Assembly (NCBI GenBank): GCA_965238005.1
Contig: OZ250165.1
Coordinates: forward strand, 2,304,001 to 2,368,000
DNA from: Longimicrobiales bacterium
Lineage (GTDB): Bacteria; Gemmatimonadota; Gemmatimonadetes; Longimicrobiales; Gaopeijiaceae
Direction of reading: 5' to 3'
Length of the DNA stretch: 64,000 nt
A program made the translations under genes and the position numbers. This document shows, in pieces, positions 10,501 to 21,370 of this stretch. The notes below the pieces were generated by a model. The model searched no databases. It saw only the letters and a program-made list of their open reading frames with translations, and was not told the DNA's origin. Each line of letters opens with the position of its first letter. Positions within the stretch are counted from its first letter, which is position 1.

Positions 10501-11340
10501 TCAGTCCAGCGCCCGCAGGACGCCCCTCACGATGGCAGCGAGACGATCGGTCGTCCTCCCGCCCATCTCCAACACCTCGGCGTGGGTGAGGGCTTCGTCC
10601 CCCCCGGACACTCCGGCTGCGGGATTCGTGATGACCGAGAAGCCCAGGACCCGTAGACCCAGCGCCCGTGCGGTGATCACCTCGGGGACGGTGGACATCC
10701 CGACCATGTCAGCGCCCAGAGAGGCAAGCATGCGTACTTCAGCCGGCGTCTCGTAGCTGGGTCCCAGCATCCCGGCATACGTCCCGCGAGCAAGAGGGAT
10801 GCCGAGCTCGAGTGCTGCCTCGAGGGCCAGCTCCTGCAGTGTGGCGTCGTAGGGCCGGCTCATGTCCGGAAAGCGTCCCTCGCCATCACGGACCGGACCC
10901 GCCAAGGGACTCCTGTGCATGAAGTTGATGTGGTCGTCCAGGAGAACCAGGCTTCCCGACGTCAGGCTGGGGTGGACTCCTCCGGCGGCGTTGGTGACGA
11001 CCATCATGCCGATGCCCAGCGAGGCGGCGATACGTATGGGAGCCACCACCACGTCCATCGCGTGACCCTCGTAGGAGTGGAAGCGCCCGACCTGCGCCAG
11101 TATACGCTTCCCCTCGAGGCGGCCGCAGACGTACCGGCCCGCGTGCCCGGCTACACCGGTGGCGGGATAACCCGGTACCTCGCTGAACTCCATGGTCACC
11201 GGGTCCTCGATGACATCCCCGAGGCCGGCGAGCCCGGAGCCAAGTACCACGAGGACCTCTGGCTCCCCGTCGATGCGTGCCCGGAGCGCCTCAGCCGCCT
11301 GGGGGACGCTCAAGGGTCTGGGTTCGGTGGCCGTGCTCAA
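10501..11340 (-). CDS. punA: Purine nucleoside phosphorylase (trimeric type)
   Basis: VLGSGL, GRFHSYEG, TNAAGG, GPSYETPAEV, VGMSTVPE; TTG start overlaps the nupC stop. Confidence 0.93.
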   Translation of the reverse strand: MSTATEPRPLSVPQAAEALRARIDGEPEVLVVLGSGLAGLGDVIEDPVTMEFSEVPGYPATGVAGHAGRYVCGRLEGKRILAQVGRFHSYEGHAMDVVVAPIRIAASLGIGMMVVTNAAGGVHPSLTSGSLVLLDDHINFMHRSPLAGPVRDGEGRFPDMSRPYDATLQELALEAALELGIPLARGTYAGMLGPSYETPAEVRMLASLGADMVGMSTVPEVITARALGLRVLGFSVITNPAAGVSGGDEALTHAEVLEMGGRTTDRLAAIVRGVLRALD

Positions 11341-12860
11341 ATCAGCATCCCCGCCACCGTAGCCGTCATGAACGCGGCTATGGTGCCGCCGATCATGGCG
11401 CGGAGCCCGATTCGGGCGAGATCGTCCTTGCGGGACGGGGCGATCCCTCCGATCCCCCCGATCTGGATGGCGATGGACGAGAAGTTGGCGAACCCGGACA
11501 GCGCGTACGTGGCGATGATGATCGATCTCGGCTGGAGGTTGGGTCCCTGTGCCAGCGTGGACGCCAGCTGAAGGTAGGCAAAGAACTCGTTCAGAGCTGT
11601 CTTCATGCCGAGGAGAGCCCCCACCTCGGCCGCGTCCACCCAGGCTACGCCCATGAGCCAAGCGATGGGTGAAAGCAACCACCCGAGGATGGCCTGGAGG
11701 GACAGACTCTCCACCCCCACCAGGCCACCGAGCAACCCGAGAATGCCGTCGATCATGAACACGAGGGCGACGAAGGCCAGCAGCATGGCCCCTACGTTGA
11801 GGGCCAGGTGGAGCCCTTCGGATGCACCGCGGGCGGCGGCGCCGATGACGTTCGGGTCCGGACGTTTCACCTTTAGCTTGAGAGTCCCCGACGTCTCGGG
11901 CTCTTCCGTCTCCGGATACATGAGCTTCGCCACCACGAGGGCCGCCGGCGCAGACATGACGGATGCCGCCATGAGATGCCCCGCGATGTCAGGGAAGAAG
12001 GCGACCAGCATCCCCACATAGGCGGCCAGAACTCCCCCCGCCACCGTCGCGAACCCACCGGTCATCACCGCCATGATCTCCGAGCGGGTCATCCGGTCGA
12101 TGAAGGGCTTGATGAGAAGGGGCGCCTCGGTCTGGCCCACGAAGATGTTCCCCGCCGCAGACAGCGTCTCGGCTCCCGACGTGCGCATGGTCCGCTGCAT
12201 GACCCACGCGAAGCCCTTCACCACCACCTGCATGATCCCGAGGTGGTAGAGCACGGTCATGAGAGATGAAAAGAAGATGATGGTGGGAAGAACGTTGAAG
12301 GCGAAGAGCGCCCCGGTGTTGGCCACCTGTCCCTGGGCCGGCTGGAACACCCCCTGCCCCGCCGGGCCGGCTGGACCCTGACCGACGGGCACGTTGTCCC
12401 AGACCAGATTCCCGAAGATGAAGCTGGCGCCGTCCACGGTGAAGCCGAGGAGGGCCATCACCACCCGATTGAGGCCATCGAAGACGAGCCCCCCCGCAGG
12501 AGTCTTGAGGATGAAGACCGCGAAGAGCAGCTGGAGCGCCAAGCCCCAGATCACCACCCTCCAGTGAACGGTCTTACGGTCGGTGCTGAGCAGCCAGGCG
12601 ATGAGCCCGAGAACGAGCAATCCCAGCAGAGACCTGGCCCGGTCCACCAGTGGAGTGTCCAGGTCACGGCCGATGGGCGAGATCTGAAGCGGGGCGGTGA
12701 CCGCGGTTTCAGGGGCGGAGACGGGTACGACGGCGGCACGTGCGGCACCCGCCGCCTCATTGGGATCGATGTCCGAATTGCCGGCCATCGTGGCCCCGGT
12801 CAAGAGGAGCATGGCCGCAGCAGTCCATAAGAAGAGGATGCCCCCGGAGGGCCGCTTCAT
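11337..12860 (-). CDS. nupC: CNT/NupC family nucleoside transporter
   Basis: FAFNVLPTIIFFSSL, NIFVGQTEAPL, MTGGFATVAG, GFANFSSIAIQIGG. Confidence 0.93.
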   Translation of the reverse strand: MKRPSGGILFLWTAAAMLLLTGATMAGNSDIDPNEAAGAARAAVVPVSAPETAVTAPLQISPIGRDLDTPLVDRARSLLGLLVLGLIAWLLSTDRKTVHWRVVIWGLALQLLFAVFILKTPAGGLVFDGLNRVVMALLGFTVDGASFIFGNLVWDNVPVGQGPAGPAGQGVFQPAQGQVANTGALFAFNVLPTIIFFSSLMTVLYHLGIMQVVVKGFAWVMQRTMRTSGAETLSAAGNIFVGQTEAPLLIKPFIDRMTRSEIMAVMTGGFATVAGGVLAAYVGMLVAFFPDIAGHLMAASVMSAPAALVVAKLMYPETEEPETSGTLKLKVKRPDPNVIGAAARGASEGLHLALNVGAMLLAFVALVFMIDGILGLLGGLVGVESLSLQAILGWLLSPIAWLMGVAWVDAAEVGALLGMKTALNEFFAYLQLASTLAQGPNLQPRSIIIATYALSGFANFSSIAIQIGGIGGIAPSRKDDLARIGLRAMIGGTIAAFMTATVAGMLI

Positions 12861-12930
12861 CGCCTCGGCTCCTGTTCGTCTTGTGAGTTGCGCCACCACA
12901 TGGCCGTCAAGCGGCCCCAACGGTAACGAT

Positions 12931-13098
12931 CTAGTGTTCCGTTGCCAAAGTTCGCGAGCCACAAAGAGGGCCGGGGCGCCGTGGGGTCAAGGCGGGACGA
13001 CGCGGCGTAGCGCAAGCTACGGTAAGGAGTCCCAACGCCGAGCCCACGGATGCACCGTGCCCTCGACTGGCCGAGACACTTTGGTAACAGGACACTAG
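12931..13098. mobile_element. MITE-like element, type-A ends (opposite orientation to the 6912 copy)
   Basis: CTAGTGTTCCGTTGCCAAAGT ... ACTTTGGTAACAGGACACTAG; whole element is an imperfect palindrome. Confidence 0.87.
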
Positions 13099-13175
13099 TG
13101 TTCCGTTGCCAAAGTTCGCGAGCCACAAAGAGGGCCGGGGCGCCGTGGGGTCAAGGCGGGACGACGCGGCGTAGC
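13095..13175. repeat. Tandem half-copy of the type-A MITE
   Basis: Repeats the first 81 bp of 12931.., sharing the CTAG at 13095-13098. Confidence 0.85.
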
Positions 13176-13187
13176 CAGCCGGGTGGG

Positions 13188-13958
13188 TCAGAACCAACCT
13201 CGGTAAGGGATCTCGTGGACGTCCAGCTTGACGCGCTTCCGCTTCGCCTCCACGAGCCGCCGGCTGCGGAACAGCGGGATGAGGATGACCCCCGCTACGA
13301 ACCCGGCGATATGGGCCCAGAAGGCGACGCCCCCACTCGCCCCGGGTGGCTGCAGCAGGGTGGAGAGGACCTGAAACCCGAACCACAGGCCCAGCATGAT
13401 GAATGCCGGCAGCTCGATCACCCGCACGAAGATTATGAACCAGAACGCCGTGGCGACCCGGGCTCTGGGATAGAGGACCATGTAGGCGCCCATGATGCCG
13501 CTCACGGCCCCCGAGCCGCCCACCGTGGGAATGGGTGAGCTCGGGTCGGAGGCGACATGACCCAGGCCGGCCACGGCTCCGATGAGGAGGTAGAAGATCA
13601 GGAACCGGAGGTGGCCCATGGAGTCCTCCACGTTGTTCCCGAAGATCCACAGGAACCACATGTTGCCGAGGATGTGCATCCAACCGCCGTGCAGGAACAC
13701 GGACGTCAGCAGCGCGTGCCAGGTGAGACCGCCCAGGCGGCAGACCACGTCGGGGCCCAGACGCACCCCGGCGCCCGGTGCAGCCTGTCCGGTGATCTCC
13801 GCCGGGATCATCCCCAACGCGCAGATCGAGGCGTCGAGGGATCCCGGAGACAACCCCGCTCCCTGCACGTAGACCCAGACGAAGACCGTGGCAGCGATGA
13901 GACCCAGGGTGAAGATCGGGAAGATCTCCGTGGGGTTGTCGTCGTAGATGGGAAACAC
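13188..13958 (-). CDS. Rhomboid family intramembrane serine protease
   Basis: [45 protein letters not shown] start at VFPIYDDNP. Confidence 0.93.
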   Translation of the reverse strand: MFPIYDDNPTEIFPIFTLGLIAATVFVWVYVQGAGLSPGSLDASICALGMIPAEITGQAAPGAGVRLGPDVVCRLGGLTWHALLTSVFLHGGWMHILGNMWFLWIFGNNVEDSMGHLRFLIFYLLIGAVAGLGHVASDPSSPIPTVGGSGAVSGIMGAYMVLYPRARVATAFWFIIFVRVIELPAFIMLGLWFGFQVLSTLLQPPGASGGVAFWAHIAGFVAGVILIPLFRSRRLVEAKRKRVKLDVHEIPYRGWF

Positions 13959-13974
13959 GGGCTCCTCCGCAATA

Positions 13975-14052
13975 TGCCATTTTGGCAGGATACTACCGGA
14001 AAGGCGCCAGTTTGGCGGCTTTTTGAGCCCCGCACTGGGCATGATCATTGCA
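13975..14052 (+). promoter_or_regulatory. Putative sigma54 (-24/-12) promoter of dnaK with two palindromic upstream sites
   Basis: GGCATGATCATTGCA (GG 14038-39, GC 14050-51, 10-nt spacing); TGCCATTTTGGCA 13975-13987 and CGCCAGTTTGGCG 14005-14017. Confidence 0.55.
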
Positions 14053-14130
14053 CATGCCGTGCCAGGAGAATACACAACGGACCCCAATTGGGGCCCATCA
14101 CATACTCGTCAGGCGCGTAAAGGAGCAGAC

Positions 14131-16056
14131 ATGGGAAAGGTAATCGGCATCGACCTGGGGACCACCAACTCGGTAGTCGCCGTCATGGAGGGGGGCGAGC
14201 CCGTCGTCATCCCCAACTCGGAGGGTGGACGCACCACGCCGTCCGTGGTGGCCTTCACGAAGGATGGTGAGCGTCTCGTAGGTCAGGTGGCGCGCCGACA
14301 GGCCATCACCAATCCGGAGAACACCATCTTCTCCATCAAGCGGTTCATGGGCCGCAAGGGCTCCGAGGTGACCGAAGAGCAGAAGCTGGTCCCCTATGCC
14401 GTCGAGACCGACTCCAAGGGCCGCGTTCAGGTGAAGGTCCCCAACGCAGACAAGACGTTCACACCCCCCGAGATCTCGGCCATGATCCTGCAGAAGATGA
14501 GGCAGACCGCCGAGGATTACCTGGGGACGAAGGTCGAGCAGGCCGTGATCACGGTGCCGGCCTACTTCAATGACGCCCAGCGGCAGGCCACGAAGGACGC
14601 CGGGAAGATCGCCGGCCTAGATGTACTTCGCATCATCAACGAGCCCACCGCCGCCGCTCTGGCGTACGGGCTGGACAAGAAGGCCGACGAAAAGATCGCC
14701 GTGTTCGATCTCGGAGGTGGGACGTACGACATCTCCGTCCTCGAGTTGGGGGACGGCGTCTTCGAGGTGAAGTCCACCAACGGTGACACCCACCTGGGTG
14801 GTGACGACTTCGACCAGAAGATCATCAACTGGCTCGTTGCCGAGTTCAAAAAGGACCACGGGATCGACCTCTCCCAGGACGCCATGGCTCTCCAGCGCCT
14901 CAAGGAGGCGTCCGAGAAGGCCAAGATGGAGCTGTCCTCGACGCAACAGACCGACATCAACCTCCCGTTCATCACAGCCACACAGGAGGGCCCCAAGCAC
15001 CTGAACTACGCGCTGACCCGGGCCAAGCTCGAGCAGCTCGTGGACGATCTCGTCGAGCGCACCATCCCGCCCATGAAGACGGCTCTCGAGGATGCAGGGC
15101 TCGACCCGTCGGAGATCGACGAGGTCATCCTGGTGGGTGGCTCCACCCGGATCCCTAAGATCCAGGAAATCGTCACCGAGTTCTTCGGGAAGGACCCCCA
15201 CAAGGGCGTAAACCCCGACGAGGTCGTGGGCGTGGGAGCCTCCATCCAGGGAGGCGTTCTGGCCGGCGACGTGACGGACGTGCTGCTACTGGACGTGACG
15301 CCGCTGTCACTGGGGATCGAGACGCTCGGCGACGTCATGACCGCGCTGATCAGCCGGAACACGACCATCCCTACTGAGAAGGCCGAGATCTTCTCCACGG
15401 CGGAGGACAATCAGACCACCGTGGAGATCCACGTGCTCCAGGGCGAGCGCAAGATGGCCGTCGACAACAAGACCATCGGGAAGTTCCAGCTCACCGGCAT
15501 TCCGCCGGCTCCTCGGGGCATGCCGCAGGTGGAGGTCACCTTCGACATCGACGCGAACGGAATCCTCCACGTCTCGGCCAAGGACAACGCCACGGGCAAG
15601 GAGCAGAAGATCCGCATCGAAGCGTCCAGCGGACTCAGCGACACTGAAATCGACAAGATGGTGAAGGACGCTGAGACGCACGCGGACGAAGACGAGGAGC
15701 GGCGAGAGAAGGTCGAGGCCCGCAACCAGCTCGACTCCCTGGTCTACCAGGTGGAGAAGGACTCCGAGGAGTGGGGTGATCAGGTCTCCGAGGGCACGAA
15801 GGAGCGCCTCGATCAGGCCGTGGAGGCCGGCAAGGAAGCCCTCAAGGGCGACGACGCAGCGAAGTTCAACTCGGCGCGGGACGAGCTGATGCAGGCCTTC
15901 AGCGCCGCCGGGCAGGAGATGTACCAGTCCCAGGCCGCCGAAGCCGAGCCTGCCGATGAAGGCGAGGGCGACGCGACCGAGGCCGATGCCGCCGAGAGCA
16001 CCGAGGAGGAGGAAGAGGTCGTCGAGGCCGACTACGAGATCGTCGACGAAGGATAG
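14131..16056 (+). CDS. dnaK: Chaperone DnaK
   Basis: [38 protein letters not shown]. Confidence 0.98.
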   Translation: MGKVIGIDLGTTNSVVAVMEGGEPVVIPNSEGGRTTPSVVAFTKDGERLVGQVARRQAITNPENTIFSIKRFMGRKGSEVTEEQKLVPYAVETDSKGRVQVKVPNADKTFTPPEISAMILQKMRQTAEDYLGTKVEQAVITVPAYFNDAQRQATKDAGKIAGLDVLRIINEPTAAALAYGLDKKADEKIAVFDLGGGTYDISVLELGDGVFEVKSTNGDTHLGGDDFDQKIINWLVAEFKKDHGIDLSQDAMALQRLKEASEKAKMELSSTQQTDINLPFITATQEGPKHLNYALTRAKLEQLVDDLVERTIPPMKTALEDAGLDPSEIDEVILVGGSTRIPKIQEIVTEFFGKDPHKGVNPDEVVGVGASIQGGVLAGDVTDVLLLDVTPLSLGIETLGDVMTALISRNTTIPTEKAEIFSTAEDNQTTVEIHVLQGERKMAVDNKTIGKFQLTGIPPAPRGMPQVEVTFDIDANGILHVSAKDNATGKEQKIRIEASSGLSDTEIDKMVKDAETHADEDEERREKVEARNQLDSLVYQVEKDSEEWGDQVSEGTKERLDQAVEAGKEALKGDDAAKFNSARDELMQAFSAAGQEMYQSQAAEAEPADEGEGDATEADAAESTEEEEEVVEADYEIVDEG

Positions 16057-16203
16057 CGGTCGCCGACCGGCTTCGCGTCCGAGACAAGTGTAGAAGGGCG
16101 CCGGGTGCACTAGGCGGATCGTCGTGTCCGTCTCCAGGGTAGTACGAGCCGGCGTGTCGGTAGGCGTCACGCAATCGATATCGGAAGTGAGGAATTACCT
16201 GAC

Positions 16204-17751
16204 ATGTATGATCCTCTTCGTGCAAAGATGAAGATCGTTTTCTACGCGGCGGTGGCCTCCCTGTTCGGGCTGGGCATCGCCTCTGCACTCGGGTGGACGG
16301 GCGTGACGCACTCGATGCCGGTCATCGATACCCAGTCACAGATCCCGGTGGAAGCCGTCCAGCCCGCCATGGATCTCAGCGACGCATTCGTCAGCGTCGC
16401 CGAGACGGTGACTCCTGCGGTGGTGCGGATCGAGGCGCGGAGACAGGTCCAGCTCTCCCAACAGCCGCCCAGCCGACTGTTCCGGAACTTCCCTGAGCAG
16501 GATCAGCGGGATCGGCCCGACCAAGTGTCGGGTGGAAGCGGGTTCATCGTCTCGAACGACGGATACATCCTCACCAACAACCACGTCGTCGCCGACGCGA
16601 GCACCCTGACCGTGTTCCTCCAGGACAGACGGTCCTTCCCGGCCACGCTGGTGGGGCGGGATCCGTTCACGGACGTGGCGGTCATCAAGATCAACGCGGA
16701 CGGCCTCACCAAGTTGAGCCTCGGAAGCTCCGACGAGCTCCGTGTGGGCGAGTGGATCGTGGCCATCGGCAATCCGGGGTTCGGCGGCACGAGCCGTCCC
16801 CTGGACTACACGGTGACGGTAGGCATCGTCAGCGCTCTCGGCCGGCCTCTGCAGCTGCTTCAGCGCGAGCTTGCACAGGATGAGGAGACGGCCGGCAATC
16901 AGGGATTCGCCATCGAGGACTTCATCCAGACGGACGCCGTGATCAACCCGGGTAATTCGGGCGGCCCGATGGTAAACCTCCGGGGTCAGGTGGTAGGCAT
17001 CAACTCGGCCATCGCTAGCAGGACGGGGTATTATCAAGGTTACGGCTTCGCCATCCCCATCGACCTGGCCTATCGGGTCATGGAGGATCTGGTCGAGTAC
17101 GGGCAAGTGCGCAGGGCCTTGCTGGGCATAGGCATGAGGGGCGTCGACGCCATCTCGGCCGAGAGCTACGGCCTGCTCACCGTCTCCGGGGTGGAGGTGA
17201 CCACGATCACCGGAGGTGGTCCGGCTGAGGAGTACGGGCTCAAGCTCTACGACGTCATCGTGGCCATCGACGATCAACCTATCGGCCGGGTCGGCCAGCT
17301 GCAGCAGAGCATCGCACGCAAGCATCCGGGCGATTGGATCGGCGTGACGGTCTATCGCGACCGTCGTCGTTTGACGATCAACGTGCGCCTCGGTGAGGCT
17401 CCTTTGAGCAGCGAGCCTGCCACCATTGCCGCCGCACCGGTGCGTGACGAAGGGCAGATGGACGACAAGCTCGGCCTGCGCATCGAGAATATGACGCGCG
17501 AGCACGCTTCGGACTATGGCTTCCGCGAGGTCGACGGTGCGGTCATTACCGACGCCCAGGTGAACGGCCCCGCCTTTCGGAGGGGGTTGAGGGAAGGCTA
17601 CAAAGTGCTGGAGATCAACCGGCGGCCGCTCGGCAGTGCCGCAGACGTAAGGCGTATCATGGACGACGTGGACCGCGGGGACATCGTCACTGTCCGTGTG
17701 GTGACTGCCAACGGTCAGCAGCAGGTGATCCACGTGCGCATTCCCGACTAG
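16204..17751 (+). CDS. DegP/HtrA serine protease with two PDZ domains
   Basis: GSGFIV, LTNNHVV, IQTDAVINPGNSGGP. Confidence 0.95.
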   Translation: MYDPLRAKMKIVFYAAVASLFGLGIASALGWTGVTHSMPVIDTQSQIPVEAVQPAMDLSDAFVSVAETVTPAVVRIEARRQVQLSQQPPSRLFRNFPEQDQRDRPDQVSGGSGFIVSNDGYILTNNHVVADASTLTVFLQDRRSFPATLVGRDPFTDVAVIKINADGLTKLSLGSSDELRVGEWIVAIGNPGFGGTSRPLDYTVTVGIVSALGRPLQLLQRELAQDEETAGNQGFAIEDFIQTDAVINPGNSGGPMVNLRGQVVGINSAIASRTGYYQGYGFAIPIDLAYRVMEDLVEYGQVRRALLGIGMRGVDAISAESYGLLTVSGVEVTTITGGGPAEEYGLKLYDVIVAIDDQPIGRVGQLQQSIARKHPGDWIGVTVYRDRRRLTINVRLGEAPLSSEPATIAAAPVRDEGQMDDKLGLRIENMTREHASDYGFREVDGAVITDAQVNGPAFRRGLREGYKVLEINRRPLGSAADVRRIMDDVDRGDIVTVRVVTANGQQQVIHVRIPD

Positions 17752-17780
17752 CGCCGACTGTAACGGACTCGGATGAGAGA

Positions 17781-17814
17781 GGCGCGTCGCCCCCGGGTGG
17801 CGCGCCCTTCCTTT
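17781..17814 (+). terminator. Probable intrinsic terminator
   Basis: GGCGCGTCGCCC-CC-GGGTGGCGCGCC stem followed by a pyrimidine/T tail, after the degP stop. Confidence 0.5.
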
Positions 17815-17903
17815 GCCCAAGAGGCTTATCTGTTGATGGCGTTTTCGGGCTCGGTTATCTTTTTCTAATCCAGCATAATGCCCGATGTTCGGCGAGATTA
17901 CTG

Positions 17904-17987
17904 GCGAAAGTGGCGGAACTGGTAGACGCGCAGGATTTAGGATCCTGTGGCTTTAATGCCGTGGGGGTTCGAGTCCCCCCTTTCGCA
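17904..17987 (+). tRNA. tRNA-Leu (TAG)
   Basis: GCGAAAG/CTTTCGC acceptor stem, anticodon loop TTTAGGA, long variable arm, GGTTCGAGTCC. Confidence 0.95.
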
Positions 17988-18036
17988 TTGAGCTTTCGGA
18001 ATCGATGCCGATTCTTTCGTGAGGGATTGAGCATAG

Positions 18037-19299
18037 ATGGCTATTGACGGAACACAGCTTCGGATCTCAGTGGAGGAGGGCGAACGCTGGCGCCGTACGA
18101 TGAGCGTTACCGTGCCGGCGGGCGTGGTTCAGTCCGAGCGGCGCCGTATCACGGGACAGCTCGCGTCACGTCTCAAGCTTCCGGGCTTCCGCAAGGGACG
18201 GGTCCCGGCTGACGTGGTGGAAAAGCGTTACGGAGCCGCCTTGAATCGGGAGGCGCTCGACAAGCTCATCGGGGCGGCATACCGGGAGGCGCTCAGCCAG
18301 AACGAGCTGAGCCCCATCTCCGAAGGGGAGGTCGGCAACGTCAAGTACGAACCGGAGCAGGACCTGACCTTCTCCATCTCGTTCGACGTCAGACCCGAGA
18401 TCGAGATCCCCCGGCCGGGTGGCTTCAAGATCGAGCGCCCCGGCGTCGACGATCTGGACGAGAAGCTGCAGCAGGTCCTGGAGCGCCTCCGGGAACAGAA
18501 CGGGACGTGGAGGGCCTTGGACGGCGGCAGGTCTGAGGACGGCAACCTGGTCAGCGTGGAGATCGAACGACTCGAGGACGGAGCCGAGGGAGTGACGCAA
18601 CCCTACGAGTTCGTGCTCGGCCGAGGGGACGCCATCCCCGACATCGAGGAAGCCATCAAATCGCTGGAGACCGGAACCGGCGGTGAGTTCGTGGTCCGCT
18701 TTCCCGACGATTTCCCGAACGAAGAGCGGCGAGGCGGAGAAGAGCATCTCCGCATCCACTTGAGCTCGATTCAGACTCTGGAGCTTCCGGAGCTGAATGA
18801 GGAGTTCGCTCGCAGCCTGGGTGACTTCGAGGGGCTGGAGGATCTCTCGGGGAAGGTCCGATCGGATCTGCAGAGGGAAGCGGAGGATCAGGCGGAGGGC
18901 GTCGTCCGGGGCAAGCTTCTGGACTCCATCCTCCAGGCGAATCCCTTCACTGTGCCGGTGTCCATGGTGGACCGTTATGTGGAGTCGCTTCTCGGGAGCC
19001 CGGAGGGAGTGCCTCCGGAGAAGTGGCAGGAGGCGAAAGAGCAGACAACGCCCCAAGCCGAGCGGGCGGTCAAGCGGATCCTGGTGATCGACAAGGTGTC
19101 GGAGAGCCAGGGACTCCAGGCGACCGAGGAGGAGATCGACTCCCGCGTCGAGGAGATCGCCGACAAGAGTGGCGAGAGCCCGGCCAAGGTCTACGCCAAT
19201 CTGCAGAAAAGCGAGAGATTAGAGGCACTGGAGAGAGAGATCACCGAACGAAAGGTCTTCGAATTTCTCAAAGAGCAGTCGGAGATCGTAGAGAACTGA
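18037..19299 (+). CDS. tig: Trigger factor
   Basis: [10 protein letters not shown] signature; upstream of clpP. Confidence 0.95.
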   Translation: MAIDGTQLRISVEEGERWRRTMSVTVPAGVVQSERRRITGQLASRLKLPGFRKGRVPADVVEKRYGAALNREALDKLIGAAYREALSQNELSPISEGEVGNVKYEPEQDLTFSISFDVRPEIEIPRPGGFKIERPGVDDLDEKLQQVLERLREQNGTWRALDGGRSEDGNLVSVEIERLEDGAEGVTQPYEFVLGRGDAIPDIEEAIKSLETGTGGEFVVRFPDDFPNEERRGGEEHLRIHLSSIQTLELPELNEEFARSLGDFEGLEDLSGKVRSDLQREAEDQAEGVVRGKLLDSILQANPFTVPVSMVDRYVESLLGSPEGVPPEKWQEAKEQTTPQAERAVKRILVIDKVSESQGLQATEEEIDSRVEEIADKSGESPAKVYANLQKSERLEALEREITERKVFEFLKEQSEIVEN

Positions 19300-19327
19300 C
19301 CCGACGAGAACGGAGCAACTTGAGCCA

Positions 19328-19981
19328 ATGCCGATCTATCCACCGTACGTCATCGAGCGAACGAGTCGCGGCGAGCGGAGCTATGACATCTTCAGCCGCC
19401 TCCTCATGGACCGCATCATCTTTCTGGGCACGCCCATCGACGACAACGTGGCCAACATCATCGTCGCCCAGCTCTTGTTCCTCGACGCCGAGGATCCGGA
19501 GCGCGACGTCTATCTCTACGTGAACTCGCCCGGGGGCGGGGTCTACGCAGGATTGGCCATCTACGACACGATCCAGCACATGCGCGCGCCGGTTTCCACG
19601 TTCGCCGTGGGCATCGCCGCCTCGATGGGCGCAGTGCTCGTGGCCGCCGGCGAAAAGGGTAAGCGGGGCGCTCTGCCCAATGCCCGGATCATGATCCACC
19701 AGCCTTCCGGCGGATCCCAGGGTACGGCAGCCGACATCGAGATCGCTGCCAAGGAGATCGTCTACACGAGACAGCGGCTCAACGAGATCCTGTCCAAACA
19801 CACTGGGCAGCCCCTCGAGCGCATCCAGGACGATGTCGATCGAGATCGCTTCATGAGCCCGGAAGAGGCAGTGGAGTACGGCCTGATCGACCGGATTCTC
19901 GAGGGCCCCTTGTCGAACGGCTCGAAGCCGAAAGACTCGCACGAAAAGGTTGACGGGTCCGACGAGGACGACGAAGAGTAG
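19328..19981 (+). CDS. clpP: ATP-dependent Clp protease proteolytic subunit
   Basis: [32 protein letters not shown]. Confidence 0.98.
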   Translation: MPIYPPYVIERTSRGERSYDIFSRLLMDRIIFLGTPIDDNVANIIVAQLLFLDAEDPERDVYLYVNSPGGGVYAGLAIYDTIQHMRAPVSTFAVGIAASMGAVLVAAGEKGKRGALPNARIMIHQPSGGSQGTAADIEIAAKEIVYTRQRLNEILSKHTGQPLERIQDDVDRDRFMSPEEAVEYGLIDRILEGPLSNGSKPKDSHEKVDGSDEDDEE

Positions 19982-20011
19982 AACAGCGGAAGACTATCGA
20001 GGACGCACGAA

Positions 20012-21244
20012 ATGTCCAGTGACAAACACCTGCGCTGCAGCTTCTGCGGAAAGTCCAAGGAGAGCGCCAAGAAGTTCATCTCCGGACCGTCCGTCTACAT
20101 CTGCAACGAGTGCATCTCGCTCTGCAACGAGATCCTCGCGGAGGAAGATGAGCGAGAAGCTGCAGAATCCGTAGTACCCAGTCCGACGCCGCAGGAGATC
20201 AAGGAAGTCCTTGACCAGTACGTGATCGGCCAGGAGCTCGCCAAGCGTACCCTTGCCGTCGCCGTCTACAACCACTACAAGCGGGTCAACAACCAGGGTG
20301 TCCTCGACGAAGTCGAGATCGACAAGGCGAACATCCTCCTCCTCGGGCCGACGGGAGTCGGAAAGACCCTCCTCGCCCAGACCCTCGCCCGGATCCTCGC
20401 CGTCCCCTTCACCATCGCCGATGCCACGACCCTCACCGAAGCCGGATACGTGGGCGAGGACGTGGAGAACATCCTCGTGCGGCTGCTGCAGGCCGCCGAT
20501 TTCAACGTGGCCGAGTGCGAGCGGGGGATCGTCTACATCGACGAGATGGACAAGATCGCCCGCAAGTCGGAGAATCCGTCCATTACCCGGGACGTCTCGG
20601 GTGAGGGTGTGCAGCAAGCGCTCCTCAAGATCCTGGAGGGCACGATCGCCTCCGTGCCGCCTCAGGGGGGTCGGAAGCATCCGCAGCAGGAGTACATCCA
20701 GCTCGACACGCGGAATATCCTCTTCATCTGCGGGGGTGCCTTCGACGGCCTGGAGCAGATCGTGGAGGGCCGGCTCGGGAAGAGACGCATCGGGTTCGGA
20801 GAGAAGACCTCCGAGGAGCAGCGGGACGAGCTTCTCCGCTTTGTGGAGCCCGAGGACCTCCAGCGGTTCGGGCTCATCCCCGAGCTCGTGGGGCGTCTTC
20901 CGGTGACGGTGCACCTCAACGACCTGGACCTGGACGCCCTCGTGAGAATCCTCTCGGAGCCCAAGAACGCCCTGGTCAAGCAGTACAGCAAGATGTTCGA
21001 GCTGGAGGGCATCGGGCTGACGTTCGACAAGGATGCGCTGCACAGGATCGCCGAGAAGACCCTGGATCGGGGAACCGGTGCGCGCGGCCTGCGCTCGGTC
21101 ATCGAGGACTTCATGCGCGACCTCATGTTCGAGGTCCCGTCCCGTACGGACATCCGCGAGGTGGTGGTCACCTCGGACTGCGTCGATCAGGAGGTTCCAC
21201 CCCTTCTCGTGCTCCACCCCGAGGAGCGGAAGAAGGAAGCCTGA
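20012..21244 (+). CDS. clpX: Clp protease ATPase subunit ClpX
   Basis: CSFCGK zinc finger, [22 protein letters not shown]. Confidence 0.98.
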   Translation: MSSDKHLRCSFCGKSKESAKKFISGPSVYICNECISLCNEILAEEDEREAAESVVPSPTPQEIKEVLDQYVIGQELAKRTLAVAVYNHYKRVNNQGVLDEVEIDKANILLLGPTGVGKTLLAQTLARILAVPFTIADATTLTEAGYVGEDVENILVRLLQAADFNVAECERGIVYIDEMDKIARKSENPSITRDVSGEGVQQALLKILEGTIASVPPQGGRKHPQQEYIQLDTRNILFICGGAFDGLEQIVEGRLGKRRIGFGEKTSEEQRDELLRFVEPEDLQRFGLIPELVGRLPVTVHLNDLDLDALVRILSEPKNALVKQYSKMFELEGIGLTFDKDALHRIAEKTLDRGTGARGLRSVIEDFMRDLMFEVPSRTDIREVVVTSDCVDQEVPPLLVLHPEERKKEA

Positions 21245-21370
21245 CCGGTACGACGCGCCTTCCGAGCAGCCCTTCCCCACATCTGTTTCCCGGAGTAGGA
21301 TAGCGCGCGTCCGCGGCGACGCCGAAACGGCGGTCTGTCCGACCGAACTGACGCAGCTCCCAGGAGCCGA

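Noticed and set aside
12931..13175. Tandem 81-bp direct repeat as a possible CRISPR array
   Set aside because: Only two units, both MITE copies; no unique spacers and no cas genes.
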